Shown here: one piece after another, positions 1 to 10,806 of the stretch | Layout of the letters: the number at the start of each line of letters is the position of its first letter | Numbering within the stretch: the stretch's first letter is position 1 | NCBI GenBank assembly: GCA_052327205.1 | Contig: CM126205.1 | Span: 322,276,001-322,340,000, forward strand | Reading direction: 5' to 3' | DNA length: 64,000 nucleotides | Origin: Somniosus microcephalus | Lineage: Eukaryota | Notes under the pieces: model-generated | The model's input: the letters and a program-made list of their open reading frames with translations, nothing else | What the model was told of the DNA's origin: nothing | The model's database searches: none | Translations under genes and position numbers: made by a program

Positions 1-330
1 CCCCCCTCGCCCCTCCCCCTCCCAACCCTTCCCCCCTCGCCTCTCCCCCTCCCAACCCTTCCCCCCCTCGCCCCTCTCCCTCCCAACGCCCCCCTCGCCC
101 CTCTCCCTCCCAACCCTCCCCCCCGACCCCCCCAACCCTTCCCCCCTCGCCCCTCCCAACCCTTCCCCCCCTCCCTTCCCCCCCGCCCCTCTCCCTCCCA
201 ACACCCCCCTCGCCCCAACCCTTCCCCCCACTTGCCCTTCCCCCCTCCCAGCCCTCCCCCCACCACCCTCCCAACCCTTCCCCCGCCTCGCCCCTCTCTC
301 TCCCACCCCCACTTGCCCACCACTCCTTAC
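1..330. repeat. C-rich degenerate tandem/low-complexity repeat
   Basis: Recurrent ccctcccaacccttccccc / ccctcgcccctc units. Confidence 0.85.
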
Positions 331-676
331 CCTGAGTGATTTAGGCCTAGAAATTCAGTTGGTTGCGCCAGCCGGTAACGCCATAAGAGGGGTATATTTC
401 CAGCGCTAGGCACTTAGCGCCCGGGCGCAGACCGATCTGCGCCAACGCCCAAATTCAGTTGACATTTAGCGCCGGCGCAAAGTGTTTGCGCCCGCTCAGC
501 TGCACGCGCAGCTTATGACGTCATCTTGTCGTGCAACGCTGTTTGTGCGCCCCAAACCGGAAATTCAGTGGCGCCCGCCCAATGTGGGTGTGGCGCTGCT
601 AAGAACTGTGAAGTGGAACGCAACAGAGGCCCTGTGGGCCTCGGGGAGCGCTAATTAAAGGGCACTTACACTGACC

Positions 677-682
677 TATAAA
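677..682 (+). promoter_or_regulatory. Candidate TATA box of the copy 1 transposase gene
   Basis: TATAAA about 165 bp before the ATG; same motif at the equivalent position in copy 2 (5561-5566). Confidence 0.55.
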
Positions 683-842
683 GCCCAGCCATTTTGTTGT
701 AATGACTTTACTGCTTTGGATTTCTGGACAGAGACCAAGGGACAGAGCTTACTGATTTGGGACAACATAGGAGAGGTATTTTTGGCTTCTGGCCAGTGCT
801 TTGACATTTGATTCATTTGATTTCACTGTTTTCAACTTTATT

Positions 843-1992
843 ATGGGGGCTGTATGGGGGTCCAACCCTCAGTTGCAGCATTATGTGCGAAGGGCTCGCA
901 GACGCTGTGAGAGAGGGCCAGCCATGCCTAGACGCAGAGGGGCCATCAGGCGTCGGCAACGTAGGCCTTACCCACTCAGGCAATACCGGCAGCAGGTGTC
1001 CTATCTCACCATGACTGCGGCGCATTGTGTTAAGAGGCTGCGCTTCAGAAGGGAGGTGGTTGCAGAGATCTGCCAGCTGCTTCAGAGATCTGCGTCCACA
1101 GCTGATGTGCAGGACGTCTCTCTCGGTGGAAGTGAAGGTCATGGTGGCTCTGAACTTTTATGCAAGCGGCTCCTTCAAAGCCGCTGCTGGGGACATAGCG
1201 AACATCTCCCAGTTCGCCGCGCATCGCTGCATCCGGCAGGTCACCAATGCACTTTTCGCGAGGAGACACCAATTCATCTCCTTCCCCATGACCCGACAGA
1301 GGCAGGAGCAGCGTGCAGTCGGATTTGCCAGGATCGCGCGCTTCCCCATGGTGCAGGGCGCCATTGACTGCACGCATGTGGCTATGCGGGCACCTATCCA
1401 CAATGCCGAGGATTACCGCAGCCGGAAGGGCTACCATTCCCTAAATGTACAGCTGGTGTGTGACCACAGGCAGCGCATCCTAGCTGTCAATGCCCGCTTC
1501 CCAGGAAGCAGCCACGATGCATTTATCCTGCGCCAGACTACTGTGGCTGACATGTTCGAGGCACAGCCTCCACCAAGGGGATGGCTTATCGGGGACAAGG
1601 GCTACCCTTTGTGTACATGGCTCATGACCCCGCTCCGCGTGCCCAGGACCCCAGCGGAGGAGGCATACAACGAAAGCCATCAAGCCACAAGGAACATCAT
1701 AGAGCAAACGATAGGCGTCCTCAAGCAACGGTTCCGCTGCCTGGATCGTTCCGGCGGATCTCTACAGTATTCGCCGGATAGAGTCTCCCAGTTCGTCGTC
1801 GTGTGCTGCATGCTGCACAACCTGGCTATCCGCAGGACTCGGGCACTGCCACCTGACATTGCACCACCACCTCAGGAGGATGAGCAGGAGGACCATGAGG
1901 AGGAGGAGGAGGAGGAGGAGGAGTACCAGCCCAGGAGGGAGCCACAAGGTCCAAGGGCCGTCCGCCAGGGGCTTATTGATCGACACTTCTAG
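843..1992 (+). pseudogene. Harbinger DDE transposase (HARBI1-family) with one frameshift
   Basis: N-terminus MGAVWGSNPQLQ.. is in one frame, and the catalytic core (GAIDCTH, GDKGY, RNIIE, CCMLHN) is in ORF 1027-1992; alignment to copy 2 indicates a 2-bp loss near 1085 (cttcagagatctg vs cttcgccgagatctg). Confidence 0.92.
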
Positions 1993-2105
1993 GCCCCCTG
2001 TCAGGGAATGGGCTGTGGCAATGAACGCACCTGAAGGCAGCCGCTCCGCAAGCCCTCAGCCGGTTAACGCAACAACCACTTGAAACCTGAGACGTGGACA
2101 TGCTG

Positions 2106-2125
2106 AATAAATAAAAAGCTTTATT
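2106..2125. terminator. Candidate bidirectional poly(A) signals between the convergent genes of copy 1
   Basis: AATAAA on + (2106-2111) and on - (TTTATT 2120-2125); same arrangement in copy 2. Confidence 0.65.
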
Positions 2126-2402
2126 TCACAAACTCAGGGCCCTTCCCACATGAAACAGAAAAACAGACAAGACCCCCAAAAAACAGTCAAAAACATCTGT
2201 CACTCCCAAAACCTGGGGAGGACTAACAAAACTTGCCCATCCAAATGGCCTTCATCATCGGCCTTACAAAAATAAGCCCCCCCCTCCACAACACAAACAC
2301 CCCCATAAAAACAAAAAATGCCTTGATCCTCGGCCTTACCAAAATAATGCCCCCCCAGAACAGAAGCCCCCCAATATTAAAAAAAACCGCTATCACCACA
2401 CT

Positions 2403-4451
2403 CTAATGGGTGTGCCGAGAGGGTGAGTCCTTAGACAGGCTTCTCTGGCCCCTGCCCGACCTGCTGCTCCGCCTCAACCTGGGCCCTGCGGGTGTGGCAA
2501 GGCTGGGGGAAGACTCATGAGGGCCACAATGCGTGTCGGCAGATGCCCTTGGGGGTCGGCCTAGACGAGGCCCGGCCCGGGAGGGGCCGGCTGCTGACTG
2601 CTGCAGCTGTGGCTGGCCAACATCAGTCTCAGCAGCAGCTCATCGCACCTTGGCTGGGGGAGTGGCAGTGTCGGCTGCACCAATGGGGGCAAGCTGGCTG
2701 ATGGCAGGCGCGTGCTGCTCGCCAGAGACACTGGCACTCGGCCGGGCTGGCAGTGCAGCAAGCGCAGCAATCTGGTGGAGGCCAGACCGCTGTGCTGCAG
2801 CAGGGCGGCGGGTGCCCTGGCGATGCTTCCGCGCCACAGCGAGTGTGGCAGAAGTGAGTGCCCAAACTGCCCTGGTATGTGCCCGCATCAGCTCTGCCAG
2901 TGTCTGGACGGCACCACTCATCTCGCGAGTCACGTCCTGGGCTGCCGCGAGTTGCTGGACACCCCTGTCGTGCGCTGCCACGAGTTGTTCGACCCCCCTG
3001 GCCTGTGATTCCCCGAAAGCGACCACACTATGAGCCAGGGACTCAATGGCCTGAGGCATCTGTTGCACAACCCCCATGAACTCCTGGTGGCGCCGCTCAG
3101 ACGCCGCCGACATCTCATCGAGGAGGCGCACCTCCTGGGCGAGGACCGTCTCCGGACTGGAGGGCGGACTCTCCCTCTGGGGAGAAGGCTGCCGAGCTGG
3201 CCGACCCTTCCCGCGTGCCTCGAGCCCACTGGGCCCAGGATCTGCCCTCCCCTGCAACACCTCCCCCCTCTGGGGAGAAGGCCGGCGTGCTGCCGGACCC
3301 TTCCCGCGTGCCTCGAGCCCACTGGGCCCAGGATCTGCCCTCCCCTGCAACACTTCCCCCTGGCTCTCCTGCAGGCCAGACGTCTCCCCTCCATTGCCAT
3401 CCCCTGGCGCGGATGAGGGTTCCCCCGATGTGCCGCCTTCCTCCTGGTCCTCGTCGTCCTCCTCCTCCAAGGGCCTGGCACTCTGAGCTTCAGGGACCAC
3501 CTCCTCCTCACCAGCTGAAAGCAGGAAGGCACAAGAGTAGCTTTAGAGTGAGGACAGGGCGTCAGCGAGGGAGGCCTGAGTGGTGGCATTATGCGCATTT
3601 GTCGGTCAGTGCGAAAGGATGTAGATCTGAAGCGCAAGGGCAACGACAGAGGTCCAACCGGTCATGTCCTTACCAGGGTCCGCATCTCCGATCGCAACAG
3701 GGCCAGTCACCCGGGCACGCATGAGTCGAGCCATGCTCTCCTCCAGCTCACTGAGCGCCTGGTACTCGGGACGGCCTCCACCGGTGACAGACTGGCTCCT
3801 CAAATTCCGCGCCAGCTTGGCCTGCAAGAGAAAGGACGGCCTCTAAGTACAGTGTGGTGCCCTGTTGCTGTGTGCACTGCCTCCCATGGTCGAATAGCTT
3901 GGCCAGTGTGGTGCCCTGTTGCTGTGTGCACTGCCTCCCATGGTCGAATAGCTTGGCCAGTGTGGTGCCCTGTTGCTGTGTGCACTGCCTCCCATGGTCG
4001 AATAGCTTGGCCAGTGTGGTGCCCTGTTGCTGTGTGCACTGCCTCCCATGGTCAAATAGCTTGGCCAGTGTGTTAAGTGCAGAAAGTGCTATTGATGATC
4101 ATGCCAGTGCCATTGCTGCGGGAGGAGGGCTGCCCATTAGTCCTTTGAGGTCCCTTTGCCCATAATGTGAGGTGCACATGCAAGGATGAGGAGGACACTG
4201 GAAAGGGTACTCACCTTCACCATCCGAGTGAGGTCGTTGTACTTCTTGCGGCATTGGTCCGCACTCCTGGGGACATCGCAGGTGGATGGCACCCTGCGGG
4301 TGATTTTCCTCCAGGCTTTCCTGTACTGGCTCCTGGGAGCCTTCTTGCCACTGTCCGGGCACAAGATCTCTCTTTTGTTTTCGACACCATTAATCAGCAC
4401 CCTCAGAGCATGCTCTGAGAAGCGCTGCGCTCGTTCACGGGCCCTCTCCAT
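2403..4451 (-). pseudogene. Myb/SANT-like (trihelix) DNA-binding gene of Harbinger copy 1, three exons, one premature stop
   Basis: Exons 4451-4215, 3821-3674, 3514-2403 with GT-AG junctions (phase 0, 1) join in frame; RFSE..L..W..I..V..R...QCRKKYNDL domain; in-frame TGA at 2642-2640, after which the frame continues to a C-terminus homologous to copy 2. Confidence 0.88.
3850..4070. repeat. 54-bp minisatellite, 4 copies, in intron 1 of the Myb-like gene
   Basis: Unit cagtgtggtgccctgttgctgtgtgcactgcctcccatggtcgaatagcttggc at 3850, 3904, 3958, 4012. Confidence 0.95.
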
Positions 4452-4900
4452 GGCTCCAGGCGCTATTTTGGCCCACCAGCAGTGTTGAGGCCTAGCTGCA
4501 GGGCTCCAGTATGCAGGGCGTGGCAGCAGTCAAAGTCGACCCTTCCCCCTTTAAGAGCTGGCCGGCGTCAGGGTGTCTGCTGTCAATCAAAACATGACCG
4601 CACCTGCGCTGCGCCCGGCCTCGGCATTATCAGGCCGCATCGCCGGCTTAGCACCTGAAGAGAGCATTGCAACGCCAGTTTCAGCGCTCAGCCAAACTCT
4701 TGGCCAACTCTACTGAATTTCGGTGATGTGGCCTACACTTTCCGGCGGGCGCTAACTTTAGCGAACGCCCGACTTTAGCGCCCCAAAAGTGTCCAGACTG
4801 AATTTCTAGGCCTTAGTGTCGACACTGTTTATAGGTCTCCACTGAGGGAAGATTTACTATTGAAGGATTGTCATATCTTTAGTACTTTATATATATAAAG

Positions 4901-5225
4901 AGGAAACTCTTTATTATCCGGCACCAATGGGACCGGCGTGGTCCCGGTTTATCAAAAAGTCCGGATTACAGAGAGGTATAGTTAAAAGGTACGAGAGCTC
5001 CGTACACAGCAACAAATCCAGGCTTCCCTGTTGCTTAGCAACATGTGCATGAACTCCAGCCACAGACCAAGCGTCCCTGTTGCTTGGCAACAAGTGCAGG
5101 AACCCCAGTTACACAGCCACAGATCCAGGAACTGCCACTAATATGAAGTAAAACTTACCTGAACCTACTCCTGAATTTTGCCGGTTAACAGAGATTTCCG
5201 GTTATTTAGGTGCCGGTTAAAAGAT
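4901..5225 (+). mobile_element. Tc1/mariner (pogo/Tigger-like) MITE, right end missing
   Basis: Homologous to the complete copy at 36831-37162 (ggaaact..tatccggcac.. and ctcctgaattttgccggttaac..ttccggttatttag). Confidence 0.7.
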
Positions 5226-5728
5226 ATAGGGCTAGATTTTCAGTTGCTTGCGCCAGCAGTTAGCGCCTTAAGAGAAGTGATTTCCGGGCGCTATGCGTGT
5301 AGCGCCCGGGCGCAGCGCAGTTTGCGCCCCGCCCCAAATTAAGTTGCCCGTTAGCGCCGGCGCAAAGTTTAGCGCCCGCCCGGATGCGCGCGCAGAAAAT
5401 GACGTCACATCCTCGTGCAACGCCCTTTGGCCGCCCCGATTGCAAACTTCAGTCGGACCGCCCCATTGTGCGGCGGGCGGCCGGAGCGTTTGGAAAAAGG
5501 AACGCAACACAACCAGCGCGGGCCCCGGGGGGCGCTAATTAAAGGGACCGTCCTCTCCAGTATAAAGGCCATCCATTATTTCAGAAAACAGTCTTGTGCA
5601 ACGCATTTCTGGAGACACAACAAGGAGGATAGCTAACTGGTTTCAAGCAGCAAGAGCCAGGTATTTTTGGACTCAGGCAACAGCGCTGCAAGTGGCCATT
5701 TGGAAATTAGAGTGTTTGCCAGGATTTG

Positions 5729-6889
5729 ATGGGGGTTGCATGGGGTGCCAACGCGGAGCTGCAGCTCCATGTCCGTAGGGCTCGCAGACGCATTGTGAGA
5801 GGGGCAGCCCTGGCTAGAGGCAGAGGGGGCTACAGGCGTCGGCCACGTAGGCCTTACCCAGTCAGGCTATACCGCCAGCAGCGCTCCTACCTAAACATGA
5901 GTGCCGCGCGATGTGTTAAAAGGCTCCGATTCCGGAAGGGGGTGATTGCAGAGATCTGCCACCTGCTTCGCCGAGATCTGCGGCCAAAGCTCAGGTGCAG
6001 GACGTCTCTGTCGGTGGAAGTGAAGGTGACAGTGGCATTGAACTTCTATGCCACCGGCTCCTTCCAATACGCTGCTGGGGACATAGCAAACATCTCCCAG
6101 TACGGCGCGCATCGCTGCATCCGCCAGGTGACCGAAGCACTGTTCAGAAGGAGAAGCCAATTCATCTCCTTCCCCATGGCCCTGGAGAGCCAGCATCAGT
6201 GCGCATTGGGATTTTCCAGACTCGGGGAATTCCCCTTGGTGCAGGGCGCCATTGACTGTACGCATGTGGCTTTGCGGGCCCCTCTGGAGCATGGCGAGCA
6301 GTATCGCAACAGGAAGGGCTACCATTCTCTGAATGTGCAGCTGGTCTGTGACCACAAGCAGCGCATCATGGCAGTCAATGCCAGCTTCCCAGGCAGCAGC
6401 CACGATGCCTTTATCCTGCGGCAGAGTACTGTGCATAACATGTTCCAGGCACAGCCTCCCCCAAGAGGATGGCTACTCGGGGACAAAGGCTATCCTTTGT
6501 GCACCTGGCTCATGACCCCGCTCCGCGCGCCCAGGACCGCTGCTGAAGAGGCCTACAACGAGAGCCATCAAACCACCCGCAACATCATCGAGCTAACTAT
6601 TGGGGTCCTCAAGCAGCGGTTCCGCTGCCTTGATCGCTCCGGAGGAGCTCTCCAGTATTCGCCGGACCGGGTCTCCCAATTTGTGGTGGTTTGCTGCATG
6701 CTACACAACCTGGCTATCCGCAGGACTCAGGCACTGCCACCTGACGTTGGACCAGCACCTCAGGAGGAGGAGCAGGAGGAGCATGAGGAGGAGGAGGAGG
6801 AGGAGGAGGAGGAGCAGGAGTACGTTCCCAGGAGGGAGCGACCAGGGCCAAGGGCCGCACGACGCCACCTTATTACACGGTACTTCTAA
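5729..6889 (+). CDS. Harbinger DDE transposase, 386 aa, intact
   Basis: Single ORF from ATG 5729; HTH-like N-terminal half, GAIDCTHV, YRNRKGYHSLNVQ, FPGSSHDAFIL, GDKGY, RNIIE..IGVLKQRFRCL, CCMLHN; acidic tail. Confidence 0.95.
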   Translation: MGVAWGANAELQLHVRRARRRIVRGAALARGRGGYRRRPRRPYPVRLYRQQRSYLNMSAARCVKRLRFRKGVIAEICHLLRRDLRPKLRCRTSLSVEVKVTVALNFYATGSFQYAAGDIANISQYGAHRCIRQVTEALFRRRSQFISFPMALESQHQCALGFSRLGEFPLVQGAIDCTHVALRAPLEHGEQYRNRKGYHSLNVQLVCDHKQRIMAVNASFPGSSHDAFILRQSTVHNMFQAQPPPRGWLLGDKGYPLCTWLMTPLRAPRTAAEEAYNESHQTTRNIIELTIGVLKQRFRCLDRSGGALQYSPDRVSQFVVVCCMLHNLAIRRTQALPPDVGPAPQEEEQEEHEEEEEEEEEEQEYVPRRERPGPRAARRHLITRYF

Positions 6890-7004
6890 GCCCCCTGTCA
6901 GGGAATGGCCAGGGGCCATGAGGGAAGATGAATGCAGCCGCTCCGCAAGCCCTCAGCCGGCGAAGCCAACAAACACTAAGAAGAACAACCATGGAGACTG
7001 CATG

Positions 7005-7024
7005 AATAAAGATAATTTTTTATT
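7005..7024. terminator. Candidate bidirectional poly(A) signals of Harbinger copy 2
   Basis: AATAAA 7005-7010 (+) and TTTATT 7019-7024 (-). Confidence 0.65.
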
Positions 7025-7252
7025 AAACAAAAATGAAAAGCCCTTCCCACATGAATCCCCAAAAACAATAAACGGGCCCCACAAAAAGCCCAACAAACGA
7101 CTCACTCCCACAAACTGGGGAGGAGCCACTCCACCTTTATTGAAACCGGGCCTCAACGTCGGCCTAACGCAAAAAAAAAGCCCTCCAAAAGCACAACCAT
7201 GGGCAAAATAAAGATGGCCACCGCCATATTAAAGGAAAGCTGGCCACACCCT

Positions 7253-9193
7253 CTACTGAGTGGCCCGCGAGGGCGAGACCTTGGCCAGCATTTTGCCTCC
7301 CCTGCCCTGCCTGCTGCTCCTTCGCAAGCTCTGCCCAGTGGCTGCTGCGAGGCTGGGGGAAGGCGCCTGAGGCTCAGATGCCCTTCCGCCAGATGCCGCT
7401 GGGGGGCGGCCTACACGGCGTTTGGGCCTCGAGGGGCCGTCTCCTGAGTGGCGCACCTGAGCCTGGCCACCATCAGCTGCAGCCGCTTGCCCTTGACGGC
7501 CCAGAGGGGGAATGGCGGCGACGGATGGCGCAATGTGGGCCAGCAGGCGTCTGGGATGCGCTGGCTGGTGCTGTGGCGCGGTGGCACTCGGCCGGGCCCG
7601 CACTGCAGGATCCGCAGCAATCAGCCGACGGCCGGCTTGCTGGGATGGTCCAGCGCGGCGCCTGCCCTGGCGATGCCTGCCTGAGACAGCGCGTGTGGCA
7701 GCAGTGAGTGGCCCTGTGGTCCTGGTGTGCGCGCGCATCACATCCGCCAGGGTCTTGACGGCATCAGTTAGCATGCGGCCAGTCGCGGCAGTTGCTGCCC
7801 CGAACTCGCGCACACTGGTCGCCAGCGACTCGATGGCCTCAGGCATGCGCCCCACCACGCTCATGAGCTCCGTGTGGCGCCGGTCCGAGTCGTCGGCCAT
7901 CTGATCGAGCTTCCGCACCTCCTCCGAAGTGAAGGTGTCCGGACTGGAGTCGCGACTCTCCCGCTGGGGAGGAGGGGGCCGAACTAGGGGACCCTTGCCG
8001 CGTTGGTGACGGCGAGTGTGCCGAGCAGCAGCACTCCCCTCTGATCCTTCCCCCCTTTGGGGGGAAGGCCGCGGGCCACGCGCACGGCTGCTGGGTGGCT
8101 GGACGCCACTGGTCCCAGAAGCTGCATTGCCCTGCGACAGTTCCTCCAGGCACTCGTCCAGTGAGGAGGTGTCGAGCATTTCCTCCTCTCCTGCGGGACG
8201 TGACTGTTCCCCCGAAGGTCCGGCTTGCTCCTCCTCCTCCTCCTGGTTGGAGGTGCTGTCACTGGCAGCCTCAGGGTCCTGGTCGTCACCAGCTGAAAGC
8301 AGGAATGCACAAGAGTAGCTTCAGAGTGAGGAGACGGCGTCAGCGAGGGAGTTAGGACTGGTGGGATTCAGCGCATTGTTGGGACAGTGGCAAAGGAGGT
8401 AGCTCGGATGGGCCAGTGCGACGCGAGAGGGCCAAAAGGCGAGGTCCTTACCATTGCCGGGCAGTGGAGGGTCGGATACACCGCACGCTGTGGGGACAAT
8501 CACACGTGCTCCCATGAGCACACACACGCGCTCCTCCAGCTGAGTGAGCTTCTGCAGCTTGGCGCGGCCACCCCTGGCACGGGCCTGGCGATTAAACGCT
8601 ACTTTAGCCTGCAAGAGAAAGGACGGGCTGTAAGTGCGCAGTGAAGCCCTGATGTAGTGTGCACTGCCTCCCATGGTGGAATAGCTTGGACAGAGTGAAG
8701 CTCTGATGTACTGTCCACTGCCTCCCATGGTGGAATAGCTTGGACAGAGTGAAGCCCTGATGTACTGTCCACTGCCTCCCATGGTGGAATAGCTTGGCCA
8801 AAGTGTAGAGTGCCGAATGGCCATTTGATGCTCATGACTGTCCCAATGCTGCTGGCTGAGGGCTGGCCAAAAGGACTTTCAGGTCCCTTTGCCCATCATG
8901 TCAGGTGTACATGCAAGAATGAGGAGGAGACTGGAAAGGCTACTCACCCTCACAATCCTGGTCAGATCGTTGTATTTCTTACGGCATTGTGTGTGGGTCC
9001 TGGGGGCCTCGCCGGTGAACGTCACCCTCTGGGCGATCTGCTTCCAGGCTTTGGTGTAGTCGTGGTGGGTTGGATTCCTCCCACTGTCTGGAAACAAGAT
9101 CTTGCGCCTCACCTCCAGAGCTGTGACCATGATGTCCAGATCACCCTCTGAGAAGCGCAGGGCACGCTGACGGGCCTTCTCTGGCGTTGCCAT
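7253..9193 (-). CDS. Myb/SANT-like DNA-binding protein of Harbinger copy 2, three exons, about 480 aa, intact
   Basis: Exons 9193-8948, 8608-8452, 8292-7253; donors gtgagt/gtaagg, acceptors cttgcag/tttcag, same positions and phases as copy 1; no stop in the joined frame. Confidence 0.88.
8641..8802. repeat. 54-bp minisatellite, 3 copies, in intron 1 of the copy 2 Myb-like gene
   Basis: Units at 8641, 8695, 8749 with core cactgcctcccatggtggaatagcttgg. Confidence 0.93.
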
Positions 9194-10110
9194 GACTCCC
9201 TGGGGCTGAGCAGTAGTGTTGAGGCCTCTTTGCAAGGCTGCAGTGTGCAGGGCGTGGCAGCAGACCAATTCGTCCCTTCCCCCTTTAAGAGCTGGTCGGC
9301 ACCACGGGGTCTGCTGTCAGTGCAAAAATGACCGCACCCGTGCTGCGCCCCGCCTGGGCGCTATCCCTCTGGACCGCCGGCTTAGCGCCTAAAGAGAGTA
9401 GTGGAACGCCTCTTTTAGCGCTCCACCAACCTCTTAGGGCGAAGCCACTGAATTCCCGGCAACGGGGCGCTACTTTGGGGCGGGCGCTAACTTCGGGCGG
9501 GCGCTAAGGTTAGCGCCCCAAAACTGCCTATACTGAAAATCTAGCCCATAGTGCTAAACGACAGAATTTTAACATTAAGATTAAGGCTTTTAAATTTTTC
9601 TGAATATTCTTTCTTTTTTAAATATATGACTGTGATGCGAAGGGGCCAGTCTGAGAGGGTCAGAGTATGGAAACTGGTAATGTTTTGGAATTTCTTAAAC
9701 GGCTCAGTAAAAATTTAATGGCACTTGCTGTGTGGTAGTTACACTGAATGTTCAAGGAGGCTGGGGGTACTGTTGGCCTGTTAGTACTGAATGGTAGCTT
9801 TGCCTGTTCGGTGCTTAGCGAATCATCTCGAATAGTCTTCTATTTACCTCCAAGGTCGCTAGCCCGTTGATGTATCTCCACATGTTTACGTGGGTTAGCA
9901 AATTGTCTCACTGTTTTACTCCTCCTCCCCTCCCCGCCTCCCCCTCCCCTGCCTTCTGTATGCAGTGACTACTGATTAATGCATCTGTACTTCTCAGTTC
10001 GTGCCCGGTGTCACTTTCAGCTACGTGGCCATTCTTCGCATGTGGAACTGGCCGGTTAGTGAGCTAGTGAGGGACAAAATAAGCCAAGATTCCCACTCCC
10101 TTTCCTTATC

Positions 10111-10733
10111 AGTGTACAGTTTTGGTCGCCTTACCTAAGGAAGGATACACTTGCCATAGAGGGAGTGCAACGAAGGTTCACCAGACTGGTTCCTGGGATG
10201 TGGGGATTGTCCCTATGAGGAGAGATTGAGTAGACTAGGCCTATATTCTCTCGAGTTTAGAAGAGTGAGAGGTGATCTCATTGAAACACACAAAATTCTT
10301 ACAGGGCTTGACAGGGTAGATGCTGGGAGGATGTTTCCCCTGGCTGGGGAGTCTAGAACCAGGGGTCACAGTCTCAGAATAAGGGGCCGGCCATTTAGGA
10401 CTGAGATGAGGAGAAATTTCTTCACTCAGAGGGTGGTGAATCTTTGGAATTCTCTACCCCAGAGGGCTGTGGAGGCGCCGTCATTGAGTATATTCAAGAC
10501 AGAGAGTGGTAGATTTTTGGATATTAAGGGAATCAAGGGATATGGGGATAGTGCAGGAAGGTGGATTTGAGGTAGAAGATCAGCCATGATCTTATTGAAT
10601 GGCAGAGCAGGCTCGAGGGGCCATGTGGCGGAGCAGGCTCGAGGGGCCGAATGGCGGAGCAGGCTTGAGGGGCCGTATGGTGGAGCAGGCTCGAGGGGCT
10701 GAATGGCCGACTCCTGCTCCTATTTCTTATGTT
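10111..10733 (+). mobile_element. CR1 LINE, 5'-truncated 3' fragment
   Basis: LGLYSLEFRRVRGDLIE..TRGH..FFTQRVVNLWNSLP; 3' UTR with ttcttatg tail; flanking direct repeat CTTATC (10105-10110 / 10734-10739). Confidence 0.92.
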
Positions 10734-10806
10734 CTTATCCGGTGATCCCTGCCACAAGTTTATGGAGATTGAGTAGGGACAGGGTTGGCCTTGGCTGAGA
10801 TGGTCG

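Larger units (their letters stand above)
344..4812 (+). mobile_element. Full-length PIF/Harbinger DNA transposon, copy 1 (disabled)
   Basis: Perfect 16-bp TIR GGCCTAGAAATTCAGT (344-359 / 4797-4812); 3-bp TSD TTA (341-343 / 4813-4815); transposase and Myb-like gene in convergent orientation. Confidence 0.97.
5229..9547 (+). mobile_element. Full-length PIF/Harbinger DNA transposon, copy 2 (apparently intact, potentially autonomous)
   Basis: Perfect 16-bp TIR GGGCTAGATTTTCAGT (5229-5244 / 9532-9547); 3-bp TSD ATA (5226-5228 / 9548-9550); both genes open. Confidence 0.97.

Noticed and set aside
1-330. Telomeric repeat
   Set aside because: No regular CCCTAA units; only degenerate C-rich sequence
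801-1367. Separate 188-aa protein
   Set aside because: It is the transposase N-terminus running out of frame after the frameshift
5729-9193. Domesticated HARBI1 / NAIF1 / MSANTD host genes
   Set aside because: Both ORFs lie inside intact TIRs with a TSD, and a sister element is adjacent, so this is a transposon
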